A DNA stretch of 64,000 nucleotides from Octopus vulgaris (GCA_951406725.2 OX597835.1:36270001-36334000); one strand, 5' to 3'. Positions 28,041-43,066 are shown, counted from the first letter of the stretch. Notes: generated by a model from the letters alone, not told the origin. A program made the numbers and translations.

Positions 28041-28230
28041 CCTTTTTATACCGTCTCGTAAGACATGGTTGTTTCCTGCAATAGTTACATCTAAAGTAAA
28101 AAAATTTTCATGGATATTTAAAATACAATCGTGGATCCCCAATTTACTGTTTTGTTTGTGTGGACTACCAGAGATCTATGAACCCCGACGATCCATATGG
28201 ACGTCTGTTGAGAACATGGTTAACTAACAT

Positions 28231-28625
28231 AGGCGTAGGAGTGGCTGTGTGGTAAGTAGCTTGCTTATGAACCACATGGTTCCGGGTTCAGTCCCACTGC
28301 GTGGCATCTTGGGCAAGTGTCTTCTACTATAGCCTCGGGCCGACCAAAATCTTGTGAGTAGATATGGTAGACGGAAACTGAAAGAAGCGTGTCGTATGTT
28401 ATATATATATTTGTACGTGTGTGTGTGTATGTTTGTGTGGCTGAGTTTTTCCCCCAACATCGCTTGACAATCGACGCTGGTGTGTTCACGTCCCCATAAC
28501 TTAGCGGTTCGACAAAAGAGAACGATAGAATAAGTACTAGTCTTACAAAGAATAAGTCCTGGGGTCGATTTGCTCGACTAAAGGCGGTGCTCCAGCATAG
28601 TCACAGCCAAATGGATGAAACAAAG
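28231..28625 (+). mobile_element. SINE family C, full length (tRNA-like head, central TA/GT microsatellite)
   Basis: ggcgtaggagtggctgtgtggtaag...gggttcagtccc...cttgggcaagtgtcttc...ggcggtgctccagcat. Several copies occur in the window. Confidence 0.9.
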
Positions 28626-28732
28626 CGGGAACAATTTGACAACAACTAGCCGTGTGAGGCTAATTTATCCGGTGTTTTTGTTTTTCTAACGGCATCTTTG
28701 CGTTCGAAAAAATATCTATTTTGTATTGTACA

Positions 28733-28817
<85 letters not shown>

Positions 28818-28822
28818 CTGAC

Positions 28823-29712
<890 letters not shown>

Positions 29713-29734
29713 ATAGATAGATAGACTGACAGAC

Positions 29735-29905
<171 letters not shown>

Positions 29906-29924
29906 GTACTATAAGCACCAAGAT

Positions 29925-30420
29925 TGCTAGAAATAAGAGCTAAACGTTCTAATGCTACAGTCAAAGCACCTAATTGTATACATATATGCTGACACGGACC
30001 GTAATAGCCTGAAAAGCAGCGGGCTATCCAGTGGCTAATTCAGGACGATGATCACTCTCAGCATGTATGTCTACGCCACAGAAACCTATGGAGGATTTAG
30101 TAAATCGCTAATGTGTATACAAATAATTTATTAAGGCAGCAGTAAGCAAATGTGTGCCAAAAAGGAAAGCTATATCTGTCATTATATATGGCTGAGGGTG
30201 TTATAAACACCCACATTACTAGAAATATGACCGCTGATTTTCGGGTTATTACGCTCCCTGTCTGCAGGTATATTTACAATTATGTGCTTTGACTGCAGCA
30301 TTTGAGCGTTTAGCTATTATTTCTAGCAATGTAGGTGTTTATTACACCCTCAGTCATGTTTGATGGCGGCTATAGTTCTCTTGTTGGTAAATATTTGCTT
30401 AATTCTGCCTTAATAAATTA
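29925..30420. repeat. Old, interleaved inverted-repeat (foldback) structure
   Basis: 29925-30021 is the inverted copy of ~30231-30329, and ~30128-30227 is the inverted copy of ~30318-30418. Both pairs are diverged. Confidence 0.65.
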
Positions 30421-30659
30421 TATATATATAAATATAGCCACGAAACACGTGTAGTCTTTTTACTAATTATATACTATTTATTTATTATTTTGTACTTTAC
30501 TTAATTATAAGTGTATGTTTTATTGTATATTTTATCTTTTCTATATGGTATGATTTAATTATATCATTGTTGAATTGCTACATGGTGGTTCTTATCATAT
30601 TCCCTATATGTCGTCTAAATTATGCAAAATTAAAAATAACACTGACGTGTCATTTTAAC

Positions 30660-31941
30660 AGATATATTTACCAAAATTACATAAAAATATTTGAAAAACT
30701 AAAAGAGTAAATTTATTCATTAAATTCGCCATTAGCTTCAACCACAGTCTCCAGACAACTTCGGAATCTCCTACAAGTCTTCTGGACGATCTCCTTGTTT
30801 AAGTTGGTGAATGCTACCATAATCCTTACCTTCAGTTCATTTTTGGTCTTACAAGGAGTTTTGTTGGTCTCTCGCTCAACTGCACATCACACATAAGAAT
30901 CAAGGGGGGTTGCAGACTGGGGAGTTATGTGGCGAGATGTTAGGGGCGATGTGGTCACAAAAATTGCCTGCGTTACCATCACTAATGATCACTCCAAACA
31001 CCATGATGTTGACTGGATATTTGATTTCTATCACTCTCGGTACATGTTTTGGGGAAACGACAAGCCAACAGTTCTTCTGTGTGTTCACCATCAGATCCTG
31101 GCGGAAATCTTTCTCGTCTGAGAAAAACCAAAGCACGTTCGCTTGGAGAGGATGCTTGAGTTTGTTGAAAAGCTTCTTAGCGTGTTCTTTCTTCTTGTTC
31201 TTGTTAACATGGGATTAAATTGGTCCTTTTTCTTCATATATGAGGAATACCTATTTCTTTACTACCCACAAGGGGCTAAACACAGAGAGGACAAACAAGG
31301 ACAGACAAATGGTTTAAGTCGATTATATCAACCCCAGTGCGTAACTGGTACTTGTTTAATTGACCCCGAAAGGATGAAAGGCAAAGTCGACCTCGGCGGA
31401 ATTTGAACTCAGAACGTAGCGGCAGACGAAATACCGTTAAGCATTTCGCCCAGCGTGCTAACGTTTCTGCCAGCTCGCCGACTTTTATGAGGAATACCGA
31501 ATGTCTTCATCCACTACCTGCCTGATAAGAAACCCAAATACTCCCAGGTCCATGGCAATGAACCTGATTGACTTGGAGGGATCGTTGTCAATCATGGCCT
31601 GGATCTCACCAACATATTCAGGAGTTCTTTTCTTATCAGAACGATCAGGGTGAGTTTTCCAAGCAGCAGTACCTTCGTAATCACCATTCGACTCATCCAA
31701 CTCTTTCCGAATTCTCTTCTCTGTCCTCAGATTGGCACTCACACACTCTCAAATGTTCGTATTGGAGCTTCCAGCGCGAATGCCAAACAGTACAGCATGT
31801 CGTTTTCAAGTTTTTGGCAGAGTGAATTGCGTCATGGTAGTTTTTTTTCTCACAGACGGTACCCAACAGCCTACTATACTGTGTAGTCAACAAAATCAAA
31901 ATTAAACAATGTGCATGCGCGAAATTGAAAATATAGAATGG
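30660..31941 (-). mobile_element. Internally deleted Tc1/mariner (DD37D-like) relic with SINE insertion
   Basis: LWFFSDEKDF.QD.MVN.Q...KYPVNIMVFGVIISDG and NSPVCNP (SPD.NP-like). N-terminal KKRTPEYVGEIQAMIDNDPSKSIR. Confidence 0.82.
31252..31485 (-). mobile_element. SINE family B, full length with 13-bp TSD
   Basis: TSD tatgaggaatacc at 31239-31251 and 31486-31498. The copy interrupts the transposase relic. Confidence 0.92.
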
Positions 31942-31959
31942 CGATAATTTACCCACCGC

Positions 31960-32011
<52 letters not shown>

Positions 32012-32861
32012 TGTCTGTTTGTGTGTGTGTGTGTGTGCGTGCGTATGTCTGTGTGAGTATGTATACCTTCGAGGTTATTATTATTATTATTATTATCATT
32101 ACTATTATAATTCTTATTACTATCATTATTATTAATGAGAAATGAATTGCATAATTAAGTAAATATAACAACTGGACGCGTTAATTAGACATTATTCAAA
32201 TTAAAATCCCTGTCAGCTGATAAACCAATATCGTTTTGATCATTTAGCAATAATTTCTACATTCAATTAGATTTTTACTGATGAGATTAGCAATTTTAAA
32301 TTGATGGCGGGGGTGAGGGTTGGTGGGGGAGGGATACTTGTGATAGTGGTGGTGGTGGTTTTGGTGGTGGTGGTGGTGGTGGTGGTGGTGTTAGTGGTGG
32401 TGGCGGCGGTGGTGGTGGTGGTGGTGGTGGTGGTGGTGGTGGTGGTGATGGCGGCGGCGGCGGTGGTGGCGGTGGTGGTGGTGGAGGTGGTGGTTGTGGT
32501 AGTGGTGGTGGTTGTCATGGTTTTGGTGGTGGTGATCGTGATGATGATGATGGTCGTGGTGATTGTGGTAATGGTGGTGCTGGTGCCGGTGATGGCAGTT
32601 GGGGTAATGGCGATGGTGGGGGTGTGGGTGAGGTAGTGGTGGGGGTAGCGGTGGTGATGTGGAGGTGGTGGTGGTGGTGGTGGTGGTGGTGGTGGTGGTG
32701 GTGGTGGTGATGGTGGTGGCCGGTGGTGGCCGGCGGTGGCCGGTGGTGGCCGGCGGTGGTGGTGCTGCTGCTGGTGGTGCTGCTGCTGGTGGTTGTGCTG
32801 CTGCTGCTGATGGTGCTTCCATGATAATGGTATTGGTGGTTGATATTACTGATATGTGAAG

Positions 32862-33260
32862 TCGGTAAGCTAGCAGAACAATTACCATGCCGGTCAAAAT
32901 TCTTAGCGATATTTCGTCCGGCTCTTTACGTTCTAAGTTCAAATCCGCCGAGGTCGACTTTACCCTTTTCATCGTTTCTGGGTCGATAAAATAATTACCA
33001 GTTGCTTACTGAGGTCACTGTAATCGACTTAACTTTTCTCCCGAAATTGCTGGCCTTGTGCCAAACTTTGAAGTCATTATTATTAATATGTGAAGACGGC
33101 GATCTAGCAGAATTGTTTAAGTGCCGGTTAAAATGTTTAGCAACGTTTCTTTCGGCTTTTTACGTACGGAATTCAGATTCTGTCGAAGCCGTTGTCTTTT
33201 GCCTTGACGTCGATAAAATGATTACTGGTTGGGCACTGAAATCAATATAATTGTCTCACT
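32862..33260 (+). mobile_element. Two degraded SINE family B copies in tandem
   Basis: agctagcagaa...gttctaagttcaaatccgccgaggtcgacttt, followed by a more decayed second unit from ~33097. Confidence 0.65.
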
Positions 33261-33268
33261 CTATTCCT

Positions 33269-33735
33269 AAGGTGCGTGTCTCGGAGGTTAGATTGACGGG
33301 CTCACAATCATGGGGTAGTGAGTTCGATTCCCGGGCCGATTTATGTGTTGTGTTCTTGAGCAAGACACTTTACTTAACGTTGTTCCAGTTTACTCAGCTG
33401 TAGAAATGAGTTGCGACGTCACTGGTGCCAAGCTGTATTGGTCTTTGCCTTTCTCTTGGATAACATCGGTGACATGGAGAGGGGATTCTGGTATGCATGG
33501 ATGACTGCTGGTCTTCCACAAACAACCTTGCCCGGACGTGTGCCTCGAAGGGGAACTCGAAAGGGATCTTTACATTATGCACATATGATGGCGTGGAGAG
33601 AAGAGGCTGGTATGCATGGGCGAATACTTGCCTTCCATAAAACAACCATGCCCGGAGTAGCGCCTCAGAGGGGAACTTTCTAGGTGCAATCCCATTGTCA
33701 TTCATGACTGACCGAAAGGGGGCTCATTACACTTT
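33269..33735 (+). mobile_element. SINE family D with internally duplicated 3' part
   Basis: gagttcgattccc B box, gtgttcttgagcaagacacttt core, and a duplicated tggagag...ctggtatgcatgg...aacaacc.tgcccgga unit. Confidence 0.75.
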
Positions 33736-33807
33736 TTACATTTTGTCTTTTCCCTATTCCTAAATCAAAATCAAAATATTGCTGACACGCGAAAGGAATA
33801 TTCGTGG

Positions 33808-33976
33808 TGGAGGAGTAGCTGTGTGGTAAGTAGCTTGCTAACCAACCACATGGTTCTGGGTTCAGTCCCACAGCGTGGCGTCTTGGGTAAGTGTCTTCTG
33901 CTATAGCCCCGGGCCGACCAATGCCTTATGAGTGGATTTGGTAGACGGAAACTGAAAGAAGCCTGTCGTATATATG

Positions 33977-34021
<45 letters not shown>

Positions 34022-34225
34022 CTGTGTTTGTCCCCCTAGCATTGCTTGACAACCGATGCTAGTGTGTTTACGTCCCCGTCACTTAGCGGTTCGGCAAAAG
34101 AGACCGATAGAATAAGTACTGGGCTTACAAAGAATAAGTCCCGGGGTCGATTTGCTCGACTAAAGGCGATGCTCCAGCGTGACCGCAGTCAAATGACTGA
34201 AACAAGTAAAAGAGTAAAGAGTAAA
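33808..34225 (+). mobile_element. SINE family C, full length
   Basis: Collinear with 28231-28625. Confidence 0.9.
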
Positions 34226-34229
34226 GAGA

Positions 34230-34513
<284 letters not shown>

Positions 34514-34686
34514 TAGTTGCTCCGATAATTGGCGGTAACTTGGTCAGCGAATCCTCTGCAACAGTTGATAATCGATGGTGAGGTGAGCGGGCTGCGGATC
34601 ACATTATCCCAATATATATATATATACATATGACAGGGAACCACATATGATCTGGTATTCCCATTGAAACCTCCCAGCATGAATTC

Positions 34687-34764
<78 letters not shown>

Positions 34765-35465
34765 GTGAGGGATGTCGGTCATTCGTTGGTCGGAGCTGGC
34801 TCAACTCAACCCGTAGGAATGCCGCAGCATGTACAGGTACTTCACCCTTCCCTTCAACAGTTGTTGACCTTGTGTCAAAACTAGAAAGCCTTATTACTAT
34901 CATACCCAACAGTAATATCAGTAACTTTAGCTGATCTTAACTATGACGTACAACCGATCATGGCCTTGTACTTAGCTCTCTTCAATCGTTATTACTAATA
35001 TACCGATTGTAAAATCAGTAGGTTTTGTGGGTCTTAACTATGATACGCAATTGATGTTGGCCTTGTACTCAGCACTATTAAATAAATACTTATTACTAAT
35101 ATAAACAGTTTCAAAACTGGTCGTAAACTATGACGTACAATCGATACTGTTTATCTTCCTTGAAAAACAAAATACAATCACTGCCATTCTTAAGCTGGCA
35201 TTGATACACTCAAACTATTTTATACTGGCATTAAGTCTTTCTAAATTTCATATTATTGTATTACAATATATCCTCCGGCTGTCTGAGCTGATCGATTTCA
35301 ACATATGGTTCAGTAAAAACGCAACAACAACAACAACTATAATAATAACGATACACACATGCATATACATATATATATATATATGCATATGTAGATATAT
35401 GTATATATATATATATGTATGTATGTATGTATATATATATGTATATATATGCATATGTATACGTG

Positions 35466-35503
<38 letters not shown>

Positions 35504-35515
35504 GTATATGTATAA

Positions 35516-35549
<34 letters not shown>

Positions 35550-35580
35550 GTATGTATATATATGCATATGGAGATATATG

Positions 35581-35633
<53 letters not shown>

Positions 35634-35732
35634 ATATATATGTATATATATGTATATGTATACGTATATATATATATGTGTGTATATATATGTATATACA
35701 TGTATATGTATATGTTTATATATATCTATATC

Positions 35733-35799
<67 letters not shown>

Positions 35800-36818
35800 G
35801 TATATGTATGTATGTATCGTGAAGGCAGTAGAAAAAGCTGTAGCAACGATGACAAGAAAACAATAACAACATGCAACGATGATAATACAAGACTTTGAAT
35901 TGATAGATCAAAGATGTTATTCTCCTATTTATTTATTTATTGATTTATATATTTATTTATTTAATCTCATGTTAGTACAAAATAAGGATTTTGAAAAATA
36001 AAAATTATTAATCAAATATAAATAACAAAGAAGTACTTTTTTTTTTTCCTGCAAAGATAAAAATAAAAATGAAAACAGAACAAACAAGAATAACAACTTC
36101 CGGTTCCTTGATGACTCCATCACTGAATGTCTTATTTAATTTATTTTATTTTTATTATGTGTTTCTCTTCTTTAATGATATCAGAATGACTAGTTCTTCT
36201 TTTATAACTAACAATTTATTGTTTGTGTGATAAAAGCCAGTTCTTTTTTTCCTTCTTCTTTCTGTGGTCAAAAACGCAATAACAAGCAGAAGTAGTCATT
36301 CGCCGCTGTAATCGCACGATTGATACCCACGTTCAATGAGCCGTTTATTCAACGATCCCGTTATAAATGGCTGCCATCAAAAGGCGAAACATTTCTCCTC
36401 TGTTCTCTGTACAACAAAATGAACGCATCCAAATTCCGTGGTATAACTGTTCACAAATTCATGGCTGACATGAAAAGACGAAACGTTTTTCTCTTGTTGT
36501 GCTGTGTACAACAAAATAAACGAAATCAGATTCCGCGGTATAACTGCTCACAAATTCATTCGCAAATCGATTCAATACAACTTATTTTTCTTGCGCTTAT
36601 TTTTCAAATTCTTTTCTTTTATTTTATCTTCTTACAGACAAATTCTGAAATAAAAAGACATAATCTTTAATGAAGCAATAGTTACGTTTAACAACGTTTG
36701 GCGTGTTTCGTTTCTCTCTGTATTTTTGTATTCATTAGGGTCGATTGAAGGAGATTGTGAAAAGAAATTGCATGACAAATATATAGATACATACATATAT
36801 ACACATATGTGTATGTGC

Positions 36819-36859
<41 letters not shown>

Positions 36860-37075
36860 TGTGTGTGAGTGAGTGTATGTGTATACGTACATGTCTGTAT
36901 ACGTATATGTATAATATCTGTTTGTATCGAGTGGATTTCTTTTTTGTACACTAATTTTTGTCATTCCTATTGATACGTATCACTATCATCATCATCATCA
37001 TCATCATCATCATCGTCATTGTCATCGTCATCGTCATCGTCGTCGTCGTTGTTGTTGTTCTTATTGTTGTTAAGA

Positions 37076-37290
37076 AGGCGACGAGCTGGCAGAATCGTCA
37101 GCACACCGGACGAAACGCTTAGCAGCATTTCGCCCTCTCTCACGTTCTGAGTTCAAAATCCGTCGAGATCGACTTTACCTCTCACCTTTTCGAGATCGAT
37201 AACGAATGTGCCAATTGAGCACTGGAGCCGGTATAATCTACTAGCACCCGCTTCCCAAAAGTTTCAGGCCTTCTGGTCTATAGTAGAAAA
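37076..37290 (+). mobile_element. SINE family B
   Basis: ggcgacgagctggcagaatcgtcagcacaccgg...gttctgagttcaaaatccg. Confidence 0.8.
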
Positions 37291-37486
37291 AAATTCTTAT
37301 AACCAGAGGAACCCGTGGAATTTCCCCGCTGTAAGCTTACATATTTGAAAACATGTTAATATATTAAACATAAGCAACAAATTTGAAAATATTTTCTTAG
37401 AATATTGCAATTTATTAAAAACTTTATTTTTAAATATAATTGAAATGAACTAACGCGGTATTGCTTATTTAACTTCTGGCAGAATC

Positions 37487-37723
37487 TGTTTCTTTATTAC
37501 CCACAAGGGGCTACACACAGAGGGTACAAAAAAAGGACAGACAAATGGATTAAGTCGATTATATCGACCCCAGTGCGTCACTGGTACTTATTTAATTGAC
37601 TCCGAAAGGATGAAAGGCAAAGTCGACCTCGGCGGAATTTGAACTCAGAACGTAACGGCAGACGAAATATGGCTACGTATTTCGCCCGGCATGCTAACGT
37701 TTCTGCCAGCTCGCTGTCTTAAT
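37487..37723 (-). mobile_element. SINE family B with 15-bp TSD, inserted into the head of an oppositely oriented family B relic
   Basis: TSD acttctggcagaatc at 37472-37486 and 37724-37738. The flank continues attagcacaccgggcgaaatgc. Confidence 0.88.
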
Positions 37724-37799
37724 ACTTCTGGCAGAATCATTAGCACACCGGGCGAAATGCTTTGCATCTTTCTAACAATAATAATCATAATATTAATAT

Positions 37800-38130
37800 A
37801 GTGGTATCAAAGACAAAGTAGTATATAACTGCACTAGTATTAATCAGAATAAAAAGAAACCTAAAAATAGGCCAAGGAAAATTATTTGGTTCACCCCTCA
37901 CATTTCCCTTAATATATAAACTAACATTGGTAAAAGATTCCTGGCACTCCAAGACAAACACTTTCCAGCCACTCACAGAAACGGGAAAATATAGGCGTTC
38001 TGTGAAATTTTAATGTAGTTGCCGCCCCAATATGAAGAGTATCATTACCCGAGGTCAACACCAAGAGTCTGAATCCAGCTGCAATTGTCGTAACCCAGGA
38101 TCCTGTCCACTTGAAATGAAATAATTAACT
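37800..38130 (+). pseudogene. Penelope-like retroelement ORF fragment (RT thumb to Cys-rich linker before GIY-YIG)
   Basis: Manual translation: [33 protein letters not shown]...SCRPNMKSII...SCNCRNPGSCPL. This matches the IIWFNPP...TNIG / CNCR...CPL signature of Penelope-like elements. Confidence 0.8.
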
Positions 38131-38477
38131 TTTACATATATATATATAGAAATACAATAAGAGGCTTCCAAATAGAAAAGCGTTGTGCTAGAAAGAGCAG
38201 TAGAAATCTCAAGACCACAAAAAGGGATAAATTCACGAAAAGAATGAAAGTTAAAAACGTTTACCATTTCAACTATTTCCCAGACCGCGGTTTCTAACTA
38301 TTTCCAGCAAAAAAATATTTACTGAAGGCCAGTTTTCTTCAGTGGGATAGCCTTTTTGTATATATATATTTAAATAATGAGGGTGATAAATTGAATTTTA
38401 ATTTAATTAATATAAATTTAAAACCAGTAGCTTAGCATATAGAAAAATCTGATAATTCAGAACAATTGTAATACATG

Positions 38478-38771
38478 CGTATAATAGGGATGACCACTAA
38501 GTGGACATCCAATATGCTAGAAGAAGATCACTTATGATCTAACTACAATGAAAAGAATGTTCTCTAGAGAAATTCAGCATGATTACCGAAGTTGGTGACG
38601 AAACCGGTCTACGATTAATTCTGTATTTTGTATATTTTCATCTGTCTTACCAGCTTATGTTCTGGTGGTTGCTGAATTTCTCTAGTGAACATTCTTTTCT
38701 TTGTAGTTAGATCGTAGGGGATCTTCTTCTAGCATATTGGACGCCCACTTAGTGGTCATCCCTATTATACG
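38478..38771. repeat. Foldback element: 102-bp inverted arms around a 90-bp spacer
   Basis: Arms 38478-38579 and 38670-38771 (cgtataatagggatgaccactaagtgg... / ...ccacttagtggtcatccctattatacg), with several mismatches. Confidence 0.9.
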
Positions 38772-38835
<64 letters not shown>

Positions 38836-38889
38836 CAGAGACAGACAGACAGACAAAGAGAGACAGAGGGATACAAAGAGAGAAATAGG

Positions 38890-38993
<104 letters not shown>

Positions 38994-39799
38994 AAGATGT
39001 ACACACACTCATGCATTATGAATAATATTCTGTTAGTCCTACCAAATACAAAATTCGGATTCGAAACAAGAAAATGTCCGTTGCAGGGGAAAATACTGGA
39101 ATCCTTTAAATTCAGTTTCCTGGATATGATAAAGAACTAAAGATCTAACATTATTCCGTTACTTTCCAAAACATTTTAATGAATAATTTTGTAGCATTTT
39201 TGTCACTCCATAAAATTGCATATGTCTTCATATAATACGGCAAAAGAGAAACTGAAAGAGATTTGTATAAGCAATTTCTTTCTATCAATATAACAGCGAT
39301 ATATAAAACAGCTAATCCTGAAGCATACGGCTTTATTAACATTAGCAAGAAATCATAGCAGTTCTGAATCGTTAAGATGGATGATAAAACTGGATGTTTA
39401 GAAGTCAATCTCCCCACCCGAATTATCCTCAAAGAATATAAACCTAATTGGTTAGCTGACCCTAATTAATCCTACGAAAAAATTAATTCGGTAATTAGCA
39501 CAATCGTACTTAACAGAATTATTGATAGAATTAACTATACCTTCTGCTAACTTTCACTGGAAAAGCAGTTTCTCATAAATAGATTGTTCGAGAATTTCTA
39601 TGACATATATGTTCGAAAATCACACAGTTTGACATCGTTGCATTTTGCCCTTCGTTTATTCAGGTTATTGAAGTTCTTTTAATGAAAACCTTACAGTTCA
39701 ACAGTTTTACCTTCATGGATTTGAACAAAGATATCCTTTCTAAGTTTATCTCTACAGATTTTCTATAGAATTGTAAATCTTTAATATAAAGACACCTTT

Positions 39800-40260
39800 C
39801 GGTCATGGATGACCATTGGATTGCAACAAGAAAGTTACCTTCCGAGGCACTACTCCGGGAAAGATTACTTTTATGGGAGACCAATAGTTGGCCATGCATA
39901 CCAGACTCTCATCTCCACACCATTATATGTACATAAGGTAAAGAGTTAAGACGACTTTTGGTCATGATTGCGCCTAGAATGTTCCCTTTCGAGGCACAAA
40001 CCCAACCAAGGTTGTTTATAGAAGACCAGCAGTCACCCTTGCATGCCAGCCTCTCCACGCCACCGATGTTATCCAAGAGAAAGACAAAGACCGATAGTTT
40101 GGCACCAGTGACATCGCAACTCATTTTTGCAGCTGAGTGAATTTGGGGTAACGTGAAATAAAGTATCTTGCTCAAGAACATAACACTGCCCGGTCCTGGA
40201 ATCGAACTCACTATCTCATGGTTGTGAGCCCGACGCTGTAACTACTGAGTTATGTTCCTT
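39800..40260 (-). mobile_element. SINE family D
   Basis: Reverse-complement match to 33269-33735, including the duplicated 3' unit. Confidence 0.75.
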
Positions 40261-40354
40261 TATTTTAATATACTTCGTAGTATATTATGGTTGCAAAACA
40301 AAATGGTGCCCATGCTAGTAGGTGATAGATTTTGTTATTATGCATGAGACTACT

Positions 40355-40680
40355 TTATCTTTCATCCTTTCGGAGATCGATACAATAAGTACCAGTTGCA
40401 CACTGAGATCGATGTGATCGACTAGCCCCTCCCCTCAAAATTTCAGGCCTTGTGCCTATAACAGGATTATTATGCATGAGACAAGGCAGCGAGCTGGCAA
40501 AATCGCTAGCACGCCGGGCAAAATACTTGACGCCATTTTGTCCGTCTTTACGTTCTAAGTTCAAATTTCGCTGAGGTCGACTTTGTCTTTCATCCCTCCG
40601 GGAGGTCAATAAAATAATTACTATTTCAACACTGGGGGTCGATGTAATCGATTTATCACTTCCCCCCGGAAATTGCAGGC
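40355..40680 (+). mobile_element. SINE family B (3' fragment followed by a near-complete copy)
   Basis: ctttcatcctttcggagatcgat...; ggcagcgagctggcaaaatcgctagcacgccgggc...gaggtcgactttg. Confidence 0.8.
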
Positions 40681-40697
40681 TTTGTTTACAATTTAAA

Positions 40698-40936
40698 CAG
40701 TGATTCTCAACTATTTTTTGCCTATGGACCCCCCTTGATTCCGATTTTACTCAGATGGACCATCGTAACAATTTGAAACAAAATATTATTGTATTTTTAT
40801 AATTATATGTTATTAGGAATTGTATTAAAAAAGTGTTAAAACGTTTGGTGCATTGTAGAAGTATAACAAGTCACTCCACATGAACTTGAACAACAAAATC
40901 TTATATGGTCATATAGACCCCATTTAAGAACCACTG
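40698..40936. mobile_element. hAT-like MITE
   Basis: TIRs cagtgattctcaa / ttaagaaccactg (CAGTGGTTCTCAA type) with subterminal GGACCCC-like motifs. Flanks atttaaa / atttaat are only TSD-like. Confidence 0.65.
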
Positions 40937-41866
40937 ATTTAATAGGGTTATATATTTTAGACAGTCAGTTGTTTAAATCTAACTTTATAGAATCGGGAAC
41001 TTTACAGAATTAGCGAAGATTCTCTAATCTTAAACTGTGATAAAAATGACCATCAATTAGACAAACTTAAAAGAGATTAAATGATTAGTTTTAAAAGATT
41101 TACCAGGAATTACAATATGTTCTAATACTAATAAGCCAACGCTTTGTACATTATAAGCAATCTGACTTCAGTTATTTATATCCCTATGAAGAAAACTAAA
41201 ATTAAACGTTATGGTCCCCAACACTTGAATTCAGAAAAATTCAGAAAAATTTAACAAGAAATATTTGTAAAATAATTTCCAGAGTAAGCGTCTCATGAAG
41301 GGATATTTTATTTTAAAGATTTAAGCAGAAACGAATTCACGGATTGGACAACATACATCCTGCTACACATGCTAGCAAGACGAGAACAACGAACATTACA
41401 TGGTATAACATTCCTTTTACTTAGAATGCTCTTAGAGTACCACAAAATTCTTAATAGATAAGTCTTAAGTATGTTACTTCTGTACGGATAATTTAGTTTC
41501 TTTATTGGTTAGGATTAATAGTACCCTCCCAACCTGTGATTTCTCGACTCAGATGTGTATCTTCTCTAAATACCACGCCAAGGTTTTTTTTTTGTTTGTT
41601 TTTTACTAATAACAACGACAAAATATGTTACATAGGCTTCACTGAGATCTCATTTAAAGCTAGAAATGCTCACTGCAATGACCACGAATAACCCTTTTCC
41701 ATGTCCAAAACATTCAACAGTCAATGACGGGTTTTAACTTCTTAAATTCTGAGTTGGAGTTGCTTCCTTCGTGCTCACATCAAAGAAGGTTTATCCTTGA
41801 ATCCTTTAAGTTGCCCCCCGGATGATTTTGTGCACGTTTTTATATAACTAGACCCTATCATAAGTA

Positions 41867-42432
41867 TTCGGGTGTCCGGAAAGTTCGCGTCGATTTATAT
41901 TAGTTTACCTTTCGACTTATTTTATAACATGGTTGAGTTCATAAAATAGGATTTGACTACACCTCCATTTCGAGCACAGTTTAAGCTATCTTTTCGTGGA
42001 AGAAGGTTTATGTTCCTATAACCTGTGTTAATTCTGTAACCCTTTAAAATGGAAGATAAGAAAGTTTATTTTCGGCACTTGATGCTTTGGGAACCAGACA
42101 AAAATTGATGCATCTCGGCTGGGATGTGTTACCCGACCCTCCATATTCACCAGATATTGCTCCTTCGGATTTCCACTTATTCAGGTCTCTGCAGAATAGT
42201 CTTAATGGTAAAAATTTCAATTCCTTGGATGACATAAAACGATACCTTGATGAATTCTTTGCCATGAAACCACCTCAATTCTGGGAAGAGGGTATTTTCA
42301 TGTTAAAGGAAAGATGGAAACGCATTGTGCAACAAAATGGTTCATATTTGGTTGATTAAAAATGTAATGGCAAGTATTTATTAACCTTTTTCTTTCCTTT
42401 AAAAATCGGCATGAACTTTCTGGACAACCCGA
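41867..42432 (+). mobile_element. Internally deleted mariner (DD34D) element with both TIRs
   Basis: TA-flanked TIRs ttcgggtgtccggaaagttc / gaactttctggacaacccga. The start MEDKKVYFRHLMLW is joined to the C-terminal PPYSPDIAPSDFHLFRSLQNSL...RWKRIVQQNGSY. Confidence 0.92.
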
Positions 42433-43066
42433 TATAATTTTAACTACAGATTTACGGCATTGTCTCCACACACCTCTTTTGCCATTTGCTTCCTTGCGTT
42501 TTCCTTTTGTTATCTTTGATTCTTTGCTGTATTTTTCCCAACGACTTATATACATACTCCTTACAAGCTCCATCTATATAACGCCAACTTTACAAAGCGA
42601 AATGCGTGGCTTTATTCCATGTTTCTTAATAATCTAACTTTTGCACGACTTTTGTGATTCATGCGTTTATATATTTTATATACTTGATTAATATTTATAA
42701 AACTACGTTGGGCCAGCAATAATTGTTAATTTATATACACATGATTGTGACACCCACACGCCACGCACGCACCCACACACAAACACACACACACACACAC
42801 AAATGTTTGTATATATGATTTCATGTGGATGTTACAAAATATAAATAATTACAAATGAAAACCAATTGGACTATCTTGGTTCTGTGAAAGGTGGGGAAAA
42901 CCTGATCTATACCATTGTCATTTCTCTAATATCACTAATGTTAACAGAAACGATACGTTGATCCAGTTTTGTGGAACCTTCAAACTTAAAAGTCCTGTAC
43001 TTCCGGTCCAGTCTTTCTAACTTACGAGAGTGTTAAACGTAGAGTAATGGCGGTGGGAGAGGCAAC

